Assembly: GCF_018977255.1 (NCBI RefSeq)
Contig: NW_024704742.1
Coordinates: 103,790,001 to 103,854,000, forward strand
Source: Callorhinchus milii
Lineage: Eukaryota
Length of the DNA: 64,000 nt
Direction: 5' to 3'
The position numbers were made by a program, and so were the translations under genes. Positions within the stretch are counted from its first letter, which is position 1. Every line of letters starts with the position of its first letter. Below, piece by piece: positions 26,697 through 38,658 of the stretch. The notes beneath the pieces are model-generated. The model did no database searches, was not told the origin of the DNA, and saw only the letters and a list, made by a program, of their open reading frames with translations.

Positions 26697-27101
26697 TCAC
26701 ACACCCATCACCCTAATCCTCACTCGCTTCAACTGATACTCTGTTGCCGAACGGATCAACTTCAAGACCTTCACGCTCACATACAAATCCCTTCACTCCC
26801 TCGCACCGCCGTATCTCTCTGATCTGCTCACACCCCACTCCTCTGCCAACTCCTTTCGCTTAGTTAACCCAGGCCTGCTGTGCACCCTTGTACTCATCAA
26901 CAACACTATTGGTGGCCATGCCATCAGCCACATTTTCTATTTTCCTTTTTTCTATTCCTATGTTGTAGACCGTGCCTTTGGTCACTCGCCCTCCTCCCTT
27001 GCTCTGCATCCAACCCTGCCATTCTACAGTGATCTGAAACACTACCTCGTGTGAAGGGCGCTCTATAAATGCAACTTTGAACAAGATTTTGTTCTTGTTG
27101 T
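26697..27101 (+). mobile_element. L2 3' fragment (type A)
   Basis: atcaacttcaagaccttc...tatctctctgatctgctc...gaagggcgctctataaatgcaac. Confidence 0.85.
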
Positions 27102-27632
27102 CTGGTGTTATGGACTGAAAGTCTGAGGTAAAGTTATCGAAGGCCTCATCTGACAGAATGGAAATCTCATATCATGAGACTTAAGCCCCATAAATGATTA
27201 GGACAGATTAGAAGTTACGATCTATTTTACTGGACCTCCTGTATTGGGCAGCTCTGAGTAAGTAGGTACTGAGACTGGATGGTAAACTCAGTTGCTCTAA
27301 GATTATGGATTCGTTTTGTTCCTTTTTTTCTTGTAATTGTACTGGTATGTGCTTGCTAAACAACTTTCATCTGACTTTCATAACCACATGGCTGAATTGA
27401 CACACCTAGAAGGAGTATAATTAGAGCTTTGATAATTGCATGACTCTAACATCATTGTGTGCATCATCAGGTTATTGGTGCTAATAATACTATTTTCAGT
27501 TATAAGCAATACAAAATCTTAACTATTTCAAATTCCTTTTGAAAATCAGTTCACTTATGTAAATCGTCTGTTTGAGGTTTCTCTCTTCCCGTTAATATAC
27601 AAAATTTTTAGAAGCCAACAATTTATACCTAC

Positions 27633-27733
27633 CTACAGATCCAACACCAGCAGCTCTGAATTGCCCCAGAATAAGCCCTTGTTCACTCTCAGCCAAGGCC
27701 AACAGTAATTCATAGGCTTCAATGCATTGCTCA
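27633..27733 (-). CDS. MCC: MCC coding exon
   Basis: gcag|TGAGCAA...GTAG|gtaggt; 101 nt, phase 2/1; EQCIEAYELLLALAESEQGLILGQFRAAGVGSV. Confidence 0.95.
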
Positions 27734-27890
27734 CTGCAAACATAAGGTGCCATCAAATATTAGTGATTATATTTTATAACTGAAAACTGCTGACATGACA
27801 ATTCAGTATTACACAATGACTAACAACTTGCAGTACAAAAGTAAATTCATAATTAAAGCAACATTTCTTCATGAATGTGTTCACTTCTTC

Positions 27891-27979
27891 ATTCTGTCAT
27901 TGTGAAAATGATCCTTTCCTCTCCCCAAACCACGTTTCTGGTTTGGGGAAAGGAAAGATCATTTTCACAAAGACAAAAT
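27891..27979. repeat. Near-perfect inverted repeat (~41-nt arms, 6-nt loop)
   Basis: attctgtcattgtgaaaatgatcctttcctctccccaaacca-cgtttc-tggtttggggaaaggaaagatcattttcacaaagacaaaat. Confidence 0.9.
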
Positions 27980-28132
27980 ATTGAAACATATTTTGAGATT
28001 AATTAAGTAATAGTATCATATGATTGTCCACCTTTAACAAGTTTCACTCACTCCGTATTTGTATTAATGCATGATATTACACAGAAAACTACCTGAAATA
28101 TCAATAAAACACTTAATATTTATTGTGTTTAC

Positions 28133-28273
28133 CTGTACTGCAATGCAAGCCTTAATGCTGTGCTATTGGATTCATATTTACCAACCAGCATACTCATTCT
28201 TTCAGCATTGCTTTTGCATTCTTCCAATGTTATAGTTAATAAGTCATTTTGTGATTTTAAGTGTTCAATTCGA
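28133..28273 (-). CDS. MCC: MCC coding exon
   Basis: gcag|TCGAATT...TACAG|gtaaac; 141 nt, phase 2/2; RIEHLKSQNDLLTITLEECKSNAERMSMLVGKYESNSTALRLALQY(S). Confidence 0.96.
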
Positions 28274-28524
28274 CTGCAGGAGAAAAGGACACAAAGTTAA
28301 TATAACAGAGATCGTATAAACTAGATGGTTTAGCAGAAGGTCAGTTTATAAATAGGGAACAAAGAATTAAGTAGGTTTTTTTTTACAATTTTGATGTTCA
28401 CTAATCAAATAACTTTAAATTTTAAAACAAAATTTTACTTCACTCTACCCCCAATAGTGCAGGAGCATGATTCCACAAACACCGGCAGTCAGAGGGCTTG
28501 GCAGGCAAATTAGCTCTAGGGGTA

Positions 28525-28842
28525 TGATAATAATAAATAATCCTTGCATTTGAAATAGCACTTTTCACGTCTTCTAGACGTCTCAAAGCGTTTCACAGAA
28601 TATACTGTTAAGTGAATTGACTGTATATGTTGTGGGCGAAACGCGGCAGCCAATTGCATACAGCAGTGTCCCACAAACAATCGTGGATTGAAGTGACCCA
28701 ATTTTATTATTTTTTTCTTGAGGGATTATTCTTAGGCGTGTGGAGTAAGGAAACTTGCCCAAGGTTTTGCCCTGCCGGGAATCGAACCCAGGTCTCTCGC
28801 TTGCGAGGCAAGTGCTCTAATCCCTGAGTTACAGAACTCCTA
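28525..28842 (-). mobile_element. tRNA-derived SINE (short form)
   Basis: Perfect B box GGTTCGATTCC on the minus strand; body and tail as in other copies. Confidence 0.92.
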
Positions 28843-29094
28843 TGATAGCAAAGACCAATCCTATTCTTATCCAAAAGTCACAACAATAGAATTTGAACAG
28901 GATCGGTTTGCATTGTACTTTTCATGTTGTTGACTACGATACATGCTCAACAATAAATATACTCCTTCCAACAACACATGAGAGGGCATAACTTATTTCA
29001 ACAGAATTTGTACAAGCTCCCTTTGGAAAACCCTTCCCCTATTTTATAAATCTGTGTGATCCCAGTTCATAGATCCCAATATAGCACACCTACT

Positions 29095-29730
29095 TCCTGG
29101 CTAAAAAGGCAAGCTGCAGGTTCTCACCATGCTGAATACCGATGGTGGGGAGAGGGGATGATACAGTTCCAGAGTGAAAAGAGCGGTCATGGGAGTAGGA
29201 TTGCCAGTGATCTTAGGGAATAGCGCGTCTGAAGGTGAGGAAGAGGATCTTAAAGTTGATGCACTGGGGGATAGGGAGCCAGTGAAGCTGGACGAAGATG
29301 GGGGTGATAGATTCCCTGAGGTTAGTGAGCGAGAGGATACGGGCTATGGAGTTCTGTATGGTATGAATATTCAGAGGTGGAGCTAGTGAGGCTGACAAGA
29401 AGAGCACTGGCAAGATCAAGTCTGGGGATGATAAAGGAGAGGAAAAGGGTTTCAGCTGTGCAGGAGATTCTCACAGTTGGAGGAATCCAGGGAGTCGATA
29501 CAGTTAGCATTTAAGGAATGGAGGTGCTGACAGGAGCCAAGCAGGAAAGCTTCAGTTTTGTCGATATTGAGTTGGAGAAAGATATGGCTCATTCTGGATT
29601 TGATGTCTGCTCGGCAGTCTGTCAGAATAGCAGTGATTCTGGAGTCAAGGATAATAGAGGTAGAAAGTTGGAGTTGAGTGTCATCGGTTTTAATACTGAA
29701 GTGACTCCCATGACAAGGTAGAAGTCTGCT
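29095..29730 (-). mobile_element. L2 RT/C-terminal fragment
   Basis: TDDTQLQLS...FLQLNIDKTEAFLLGS; IQNSIARIL...ITPIFVQLHWLPIPQCINFKIL. Confidence 0.88.
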
Positions 29731-29898
29731 GATCTTTCTTTGTTGGCTCTTGGGAAAGTACAATGCAGGAGGAACTATAAGGAACTCATGTAGAATGTAA
29801 TAGGAAATGACTGGCATCCTTCCAATCCATCTTTGGTCACTGTGGTTAACTGAAGCTGTTCAACCCGCCTGTTTAAAGCTGTTATTGTCAGTTTTTAC

Positions 29899-30047
29899 CT
29901 GTTTAGCCTTTCAGTTTCCACTTCAAATTCACGAATTTTGCTTTCAGAGATGGCTGACCCATGGGAATAGAGTGTTTGAAAAATTTCTTGGATATTGGAA
30001 CAGTCCTGCAAAGAATGGGCCAGGTGTTCTGCTACACTACTGGACAC
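29899..30047 (-). CDS. MCC: MCC coding exon
   Basis: atag|GTGTCC...AACAG|gtaaaa; 149 nt, phase 0/2; VSSSVAEHLAHSLQDCSNIQEIFQTLYSHGSAISESKIREFEVETERLN(S). Confidence 0.96.
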
Positions 30048-31556
30048 CTATGGAAGGAGATGACAATGCAGGTTTCTGTGAGATTTGCTGTTATATGCTC
30101 CAATGTTAGTTCTGTTAATTCTTACATTAATGCACATGAAATAATAAAATACAATGTTATAGTTCTGGGACACTCAATAGCCACTTATGGAATGTTCAGA
30201 AAAACAAACATCACAGGAAACAAAAATAGCGAACTTCCAATTCAAAGAAGGCGGCCAAAGACAAACAGAAGATTTGGCAGTTAAAATTTAATGCTAAACG
30301 TGTGAGTTTATACAATTTGGGAGGAAGAATAAGGAGAGGAAGCATATGTTATCATTTTAAAATGAGTAAAACGACATTGGGAGACTGCAAGCTAATGGAA
30401 ACTACATCATTTTAAATCATGGCAAAAATCTTAAATCTGTCAAAATCCAATTTCTATTTTGACATAAATACCTCGCTCAAATTGACATAAAATAAATCCC
30501 ATCGAAGGGTCATTACCAAAACTATTTTCCTTTTTCAGATAGTGGTTAGGCTGCTATGAATTTCCAGGATTGTTCGTTTTATTTGAAATTTCCACAATTG
30601 TCACTTTTCTTTCTATTCCACTTCAGAATCAGATCTCATTCTGTTCATAAAGATCATGCCTATCAGACATACAACCCAAATTCTATTTTTACTTGACCCT
30701 TACCAACTACAGTAAATTTCACATAAGTCTGAATTTTATAATAAATCATATAATCGCCTAAGTCGTACATCTGCCAAGTCCAATTGAATTTCCTATAACG
30801 TATGCAAGTTTCACATAACTCATACTTTGCACAAATCATATTAAATATATGGTCTCGAGATATGATGCGAGGTTATTAAAATGGAAGCACCGAGTGGTCA
30901 GAGATGACCTAGTGGTCAGAGGGTCTACCCAATACATCACAAATCCACACAGACATTGTAGTTGTAGGTTCAATTTACATTACATGCTTTGTTAGCTGAT
31001 CTCAGTCAGCAAGTAGTTCTACTTCCACAATTGTCCTACCCACTCTTGGATTAAAGAAGGAAAAATCAACTAATGTTCCCACTACACATCACTTTCCAGT
31101 GATCATGTTGTAAAACGTGTGTATGTGGATGCCAGTGAGACAACTGATTTCTCCACTTGAATCTCCTACAATTAATTTAGCTGATACATGTTTTGCTTCC
31201 TAACCCCTACTCTCTAATGAATTTAAAAGATTTTACTGAACAAAACATCACATTATTCAGAATATTCGTGTTTGCTTTTATTTTATTTACATAATGGAGG
31301 CTGATATTGCTTTAAAGGCATCTGCAAAGTAAAGACTGCAGGCCAGTGCAGGCAAATTAGTCAGTGTATAAATTAGAGTAAATCTATTGACACTGCAATG
31401 TATACATAAGTGACCTCAATTCTTTACTAATGTGTCTGTCAAAAAGATACATGAATTGTTTAGTAACTTACCAGTGAGTGGTTTGGGAAATTGAGGCCTG
31501 ACCTGCAAATTATGAACCATTAAAATTGTTGCTTCTAATGGGGTTTAAATACTTAC

Positions 31557-31646
31557 ACCAATACTGCTAATCTCTGAACCAAGAACTGGCCGGTCTGAAG
31601 AAGACGAGTCTGACCTTGTTTTAGACAGCTTTACCCGTTCAGCAAC
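31557..31646 (-). CDS. MCC: MCC coding exon (GAG acceptor)
   Basis: cacgag|GTTGCT...ATTGGT|gtaagt; 90 nt, phase 0/0; VAERVKLSKTRSDSSSSDRPVLGSEISSIG. Confidence 0.93.
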
Positions 31647-31985
31647 CTCGTGATCAAGGAACAAAATGCTAACATTAGTAATTGCTTTGCTTGTGCAATA
31701 GCATGAAAAAATATTTGCAAAAGCTGCATTACATCACAAAATTAATTCTTACATTGATTAATGCAGGTTGACACCCTTTAATTTTACCTAAAAGCCTCCA
31801 AATTAATATTAATTTATCTCCCTCTACAATACAAGTTCATGCGCCCTTTATGTTTGCCCTAAAATACTCTCAAGAGAAAGGCAATACGATTTCCAGGCTA
31901 ATTATGGAGCCTCCACAGCAGCTGCACAATGACGGTGGCTGTTATAGATAATGCAATGAGATTGCCAGAGGCCACAGAAACTCAC

Positions 31986-32132
31986 CTTTGCAATAGGGAT
32001 ATCATTGCTGCTGCTGCTTGTGCTGAGCTCACCAGTACTTGGGTTGATTGGTCGATTTGCTGCAGTCAAGCGGCTTGGACTAGCTGGACCAGATGCCTGA
32101 ATGCTTTGCAGACGTGTCTGCAGCTCTCGCAC
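31986..32132 (-). CDS. MCC: MCC coding exon
   Basis: gcag|GTGCGA...GCAAAG|gtgagt; 147 nt, phase 0/0; VRELQTRLQSIQASGPASPSRLTAANRPINPSTGELSTSSSSNDIPIAK. Confidence 0.96.
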
Positions 32133-33109
32133 CTGCATTAAAAACACAAACCACTGTAATTGTATCCAACAGATATCATTTTTAGGAAATGAGTAAAATT
32201 ATGCAGACTATCAAACAGATGCAAAACAAAATTACAATAACATCAGGAATAAAAATATTCAAATTATCTCCAGCTCATCAAGCGTTCGTACAAACAATTT
32301 TAGAATATTACATGTACAAACACATTCTAAAGTCTTAACAACTTCCATTTATGTAATGCTCTTCACGTAAAAAATAAATGACTTCATAAAATATAATTGA
32401 TTTGAAATGAAAGTGAATGTTGTTATAGAGGCAAATGTGGTAACTAGTTTGGATTAAGAGGGGAATATAAAACAGGATAAGAATTTTTTTATCTTTTTTA
32501 TTTAGCCTGCAGTGTCTGTAGAACATGTTTCACGCTTAAGTTTGCTGGCATGCTGTGCCTACATTAGGCACTGCGCACATTTAAAGATTGAGGCAATTTG
32601 TTTGATTGCAGCCCTTGAGGTGGAGTTGGGCTGCGTTGGGGATGGGGGAGGTGGAGAGAAGTGAGGTCTATATTGATTATTAGTCGTAGAAGTAGTCGTC
32701 TTGCTGGATGAGGTATTTTTGAATCAGACTCTGGTAAGATTATCTAAGTAATCCTTGCTTTATCTCTGACCTCCACCTACTCACTCTTCAATATTTCACT
32801 TTAAGAATTCAAAATTGTTTCTCTATTGCTGCTTCCAGCCTTGGTCAGTTGCCCCTCTGAGGGAGAGAGAGATTGTGTACTCGAGAACCAGAAATTCTGC
32901 TTTTGTCAATTCACAAGATCAGTTTGGGGTAAGGCCTATTTGATCGCATTCTTGCACAATCCCAAGCCAAACGTACTCCAATCACAGTATCGAGACGCTT
33001 TTAAAAATTAGTCCAGTGTCCTGACCTCAGCTCCCTTCCTGGAAACATGTTCCAGTTGTGAATTACCATTCTCTGCCAATTAGGGTTAGGGTTAATCCTC
33101 AATTGTGGT

Positions 33110-33340
33110 TATCGCCAGACTGCGCCTAATATTTTCCAGAGTTGGGTAGGCAGGATGCATCCATCCAGGAAAGAAGAGTGCACATTCCATTCGAACAATC
33201 TATCTCGGGAATCTCCAAGTGTAGGTGGGATGCATGGAAATCTCAGTTGGGTTTGGAGACTCTTAACCATGGTGATGGGTTTCCACATGTGTCAAGACAC
33301 CCAGCTGACCAAAAAAATGCATCTGATCGACACCCAAGGG
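33110..33340 (-). mobile_element. hAT-like element, third copy
   Basis: gatgggtttccacatgtgtcaagacacccagctgacc is the reverse complement of the core at ~8890-8925. Confidence 0.5.
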
Positions 33341-33494
33341 GCAGAACTTGGAAGAAACAAAGCCTGAAAAACGTGAAGGAAGGAAAATGGGAGCAGGGGG
33401 GGTGATTTTCTCAATCTTATCATCATTTGACCATAGCAGAAACCTTGAATGTTTTAGCCAAACTGAGAGCAAGTTTCATTGCCGGGAGACTATT

Positions 33495-33685
33495 CAATAA
33501 TAAAAAATAAAAATAATTTGGTCACTTGAATCCACGACTGCTTGTGGGACACTGCTGTGCACAATTGATTGCCGAGTTTTGCCCACAAAATATACAGTCA
33601 ATCCATTTTACAGTATATTCTATGAAGCGCTTTGAGACGTCTCAATGACGTGATAAGGCGCTATATCAAATGCAAGATTATTATA
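33495..33685 (+). mobile_element. tRNA-SINE 3' half
   Basis: ggtcacttgaatccacg...gcgctttgagacgtctcaatgacgtgataaggcgctatatc. Confidence 0.88.
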
Positions 33686-34429
33686 AACAAACTGCAGTAT
33701 TGATTTGGAAAAAACTACACAATTAACACAATGCAAAAAAACTACAAAAGCAGACTCAGTACTTTGAGTTAAACCAATTAAATTGAATTGATGGAAAACG
33801 GTTGAATACCACTATTCACACCATCTGCTTTTCTAAATATTTCACAGAAGTGAGTTTTATGCCCTAAATTCCCCGTTGATGATCATCAATGGAGCTTTAT
33901 CAACTCCAAAGTCTGCCAGCTAACAATCTCACAAAGAAAACAAAAACATAATTTTCCAACCAAGCAGTTTAGCAACAAATGCTTCCAGTAAAATTGTCTA
34001 AACAATGACAGAGGGGATTCTGTGTATTTTTTGTTGTTAGATTTTGAACTCTAGGCTCATTTAACAAAGGCTAATTTAATTTATAAAATTATGCCAAGTA
34101 TGTCTTTCTACATGTCACTAAAATTGTACCTACAACTTTTGATAGCAAAATTTAGAATAATTTCAATGCTAATTTTTGTCTTTTATAATGGCTTGTATTC
34201 TTAAGATGTTCCTGGCTGGGTAATAGATCATAAAATCTGAACAATTGTAGTATTAATGATGGCATTAAGCCCAATGAGCCCAAGTTGTGCTCGTTCATCA
34301 CTGGTGCTAACAACTCTGATCCCGATAATCTGGTCTATCAAACTATCTCTTAAACATTCTGATCTCAAACTCAAGTCACATGTGACAAAGCATTCTATGT
34401 TTTACGAATCCTATGCATATAAAGGTTTC

Positions 34430-34750
34430 TACTAATCTACAAAATTTACAAAGAATGTACCAAAGCATGGAAACAGGCCACTTGGCACCATCAGGCCGCT
34501 TTGTATACTCTATATGAGTCTTCACCCATTCCTTACTCCTTCACACCCTTGTATTCCTCTCTCTCTCATGGGAAGGTCTATTGTGCTCTTGAATGCATCT
34601 GCACTATCTACTTCAACCACCGCTTTAGGCAGCAAGTACCACAACCTCACTGTTCTGTGTGAATTTGTTCCTCCTAAAATTCTCCTTTTTTCCCTCTCTC
34701 CCTCTTAATTCTTCGGGTGACAATCTTAAATTTATACCTTGTTGTTGCCG
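34430..34750 (-). mobile_element. CR1 3' end
   Basis: aaacaggccac..., cactatctacttcaaccac...ccacaacctcactgttct (reverse complement of the CR1 tail). Confidence 0.7.
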
Positions 34751-35641
34751 ATTAACCAAAGAGTAGGATAAAATATAGGAAATTATAATTAAAAAAAGGC
34801 AAATTCTCTATCCCCCAATCGTTAAAAAAATTAAATTCTGAAAAAGTATCAAGCACAGAAAATGTTTCTCCACAGGAAAGAAAGCAATGCAGATGTTCAT
34901 TTACTTTACTAAATTTGTTAGTAACAAGCATCAATAACCTGGTCTTAAACTAATTTAATCTTAAGTACTCCAGAATATCCTTCAGAGAGTACTGAATTTA
35001 ATTACAGAATCTTAAAGTAGATTTATTGATTCAGAAATCTCTAATCAATATTTTGTAACGAATTCAATCAGAATTAATCTTGAGGAAATGTGTAATGAAG
35101 CACAAGACAAAACAAAATCAAAATATTGTTTCTCGAGTCTCTCGCAGCCTTACTAACCTAAAATATTCTGTTCTGCAACCTCATCACCCACATTCTCACC
35201 AAGCTCCATAATGTGTTGACTTTAAGTTCCTCATCCTTACTTTCAAATGTCTCCACAGCCTTGTCCTAGTTCTTTACTTAGAGGGTAAATAGCAACTGGA
35301 GCAGGTTCCAAAGAAGGGAGGTTAAGGCCAGGACACCGAACTCATTTAAAAAGCAGCTTGATGTTGTGATGGGAGGACATTAGAGTGAGTGTTCTAGAAG
35401 GCCTTTTTCATCCAAACCAATGTCGTGATCCTAACTCTGAACTCCTGAAACCCAAATCCCTAGTCACTCCCTCTATTGTAAGATATTAAAAATTATCACA
35501 TGGTATAGCAAAACTGAACTATAACATTCCCCACCAACACAGAAAAATAGCAGGATACCCAGATTATTCCATTCACCGTGCCCGCAAACACTGCTACTAA
35601 TTTACAATTAGTGATGAATAGGATTTCAAACAGATTCTTAC

Positions 35642-35848
35642 CCTCCGTCGTAACCGGTCTCTTTCTTCACGTATAGCATTCATGGTGGCCTTGGTTCTGT
35701 TCAGCTCTTCTTCTTTACTACACAACATCGCTGTGAGGCTTTCATTTTCTTCCCTGAGGCCCGCTAACTCCTTCTCCCATCGAGATCTCTCCTCGGTGAG
35801 GGTGGGATAAAAGTCACGTCCTAATACTCCCTCAATTTCCTCAACAGT
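35642..35848 (-). CDS. MCC: MCC coding exon
   Basis: atag|ACTGTT...CGGAGG|gtaaga; 207 nt, phase 0/0; TVEEIEGVLGRDFYPTLTEERSRWEKELAGLREENESLTAMLCSKEEELNRTKATMNAIREERDRLRRR. Confidence 0.96.
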
Positions 35849-37130
35849 CTATTAAGAATGCCAAAGATTTCAGCAAAACAATGTTTGCAAGAAAGGAAGT
35901 TAAGAAGTATTACACTTCCTAGAATTAGTGAAAAAGATAGTTATATATAGCATCTAATCCTTAAATATAGAAGCACTGAGAGCAAGTTTAGAATTTGAAA
36001 TGCATGAATGCTCTATTAAATTTTTCAATCAATTAATTTCTCATTGCAATCGTGAGCAATTTAACAGAATACAAAGGTCATCTTCAATAAAAAGTCAATA
36101 CCTCTGTTAAAACAAACCAAGAGGTTTGAGAACGATAAAGAAGGAGACATTAGATGGATGAGAATAGGTTATAATCAAGAAATACTAGGAGAGGTAGGCA
36201 AGCATGAAATCTAAAAGTCTCAAGTCCATAAATCATTAAAATCTATTTTGCAGGTGCAGAAAGCAATCAATAATGGTACTGAATGTTACGGTTTACAACA
36301 AGAGATCAAGAATCAAGGAAGTGTTTTCCAGTTATACAGCAATTTTATACAAGTGTTAGATGCAGTATTAATAACATTGTTTAAAAGAGAGAGAGATACT
36401 TTGGAAAATGGGGAAAAAGGAATCAAAGAGCTGGCATAATCTAGCAAACGGGCAAAACAGACTGAATAACCTCCTCCTGTTTTTAACATTAAATGATTGA
36501 ATTATAGAAAGTTAGTAGAACAACTAATCACTGCAATCCAATACCTTAGTATGATGAGCAAATGCATACAGTGAAGTAGTATCACATACTTAATTAACCT
36601 TATAGGAAACCTATCAACAGGTTTTCCTAGAATATTTCATGTCAATTATTTATGATGAAATGCCTGTTGTTGCTTCACTTTAAAGTTTCTCAACCTTTGC
36701 AGTTTGTGATTTATGCCGTCATGGACTGAGTTTGGGGGGGGGGGGGGTGGTAAGTACAAATAAATACCACAAAATAAATAAAGAGGATGAATTGTACGTT
36801 AGGGATTTGAATGTCTTTTTACCATTGTACATTCAAAAATTGTGGAAACAAATCAATTGGATTTTAGTGAACTATAACAATAATAAACTGTAGTCTCTTA
36901 GCACAACTAGAGGTCAAAGAAAGATTCTCAAGACCATTTGTTGGTCCAATCTGAACTCCAGCTAACAGGATATAGTTTGCCAGTGTAACAGAACTGAACT
37001 AAACTTGTACATTTTGATATAAGAACACATGGATTACATGGATTGAATTTTCAGAAAAACATGGAAAGTATTGTTTTACGACAATGGTTAAACTAGACAA
37101 TCCAAACAACAGACTAACTCGTACAAATAC

Positions 37131-37294
37131 CTTTATGGCCAGGTCGCAGTGCTCACTGGCAGTGGTGAGTTGTTCAATATGTCTATCTACCTCTGCCACT
37201 GATAAATTGCAGCTGCTTTTCTTCCTTCCACATACCACACTCTCCAGTCCAGTTAATACCCTCTGCAGCTCCGAGTTAAGGTCACTGCATGTAT
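37131..37294 (-). CDS. MCC: MCC coding exon
   Basis: ttag|ATACA...ATAAAG|gtattt; 164 nt, phase 1/0; DTCSDLNSELQRVLTGLESVVCGRKKSSCNLSVAEVDRHIEQLTTASEHCDLAIK. Confidence 0.96.
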
Positions 37295-38658
37295 CTAACA
37301 TAAAACAAAGCATAAATAAACACATGTGAATTACTCGTGTCTACAAAAATTACTATATTAACAACTATGACCAAAATTTGAAAAACTATTCTACTTCAAA
37401 AGAATACATCCATGTGAAAGGTGTATACAAATGTCAATCCTCAAATTTCACAATCAACAGACATTCAGAAAATTAACTCTGAAAATAGGACACAGAATAA
37501 CTAAGTGATCCGGCATCCAGTTTACTTTCTTTATGAGAAATGAAACAAAATATATGGCAATTGATTGGCAATTGGTGCTCAATAGTATAAGTAAATATGC
37601 TGCTGTTTGGTTAAAATTAGTGTGAAATTTTCAATATTAATCCGCCTCTGTTCTGTGCACAAAGCAGACGAAAATGGACAAAACTATACTGTGTGTGATT
37701 TCTCCGTACTGGATATTGATGTAAAATGCAGAAGTAGGTTGTGGGTGGAGGCAGATAGACAAGTAGGGAAAGAGCATGTGCAAGATAGCAATTTCTACTG
37801 ACATTTACACCAAGATGCATGGAAATAATGTATTCTCATTTGTCACAGTAAATTACTTACATACTTTGTTATTTTAATGCTAGAAACTCTATAACTACTC
37901 CCATTTTCACTTCCCTTTTTTCTCCAATTGAACCTCGGATCTCAAGCCAAAGTATTTCAAGCAACGAAACAAGGTTGAAACAGGATAGAAGAGAACCTGC
38001 ATAATAAATCTCATATGAAAGTAGAGAAAAACAATTTAAAACTTCTATTACAACATTTCAGTGTTAGGAGAGTTACTGCACTCTAAAGTAACTTAATAAG
38101 TAGCAGCAGCTGTTAACCCACATTGATGGATCACTAAAAAAATGGAAGCGACATCCACATCTACTATCCCTTGGAGAATACTGTCACATTGCATTAATGA
38201 TTAAGGGACAATAACCTTATAAACAAGGAGCTTGCTAATATGGAGTTATTCTAAATTAATAGCATTTTCAAAAAAATAAAAGTGAAGATATTTCTTTAGT
38301 CTTTAAAAAGTTCTAATTCACACAATTATGTGAATAATGTGACAACACAGAATAAAAAAGTATAATAATTTGACCTAAACAGTAGCATTCTTTTAAATAC
38401 AAATGGTTTTCTGTAAGGTGAAAAATATTTATATCTGAGGTGACTGAAAGCCTTGGAGCCGCTTTTGGAACACTCCACCCATTCACCAGCAGCTCCAGTT
38501 GGTGACTCGCGATTGACTCCTTCCATCTCCATCCTGGAGCCACTCGAGATACAGAAGGCACCAGTGAGTATATCCAACAGCAACCAGTGCGGCATTTTAT
38601 CCGGATTAACCGATTGTTGTACGAATTAACAGACTTATTCAAATAGGTAAGAATACAA

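Noticed and set aside
31472..31502. 31-nt mini-exon or alternative donor CTG|gtaagt
   Set aside because: It would leave a 54-nt intron and shift the frame; as an exon extension it hits TAA after 3 codons
33080..33094. TTAGGGTTAGGG telomere-like motif
   Set aside because: Only two units; expected by chance
37861..37996. Cryptic exon gcag|GTT...TAT|gtaagt
   Set aside because: 136 nt with an in-frame stop and a poor pyrimidine tract
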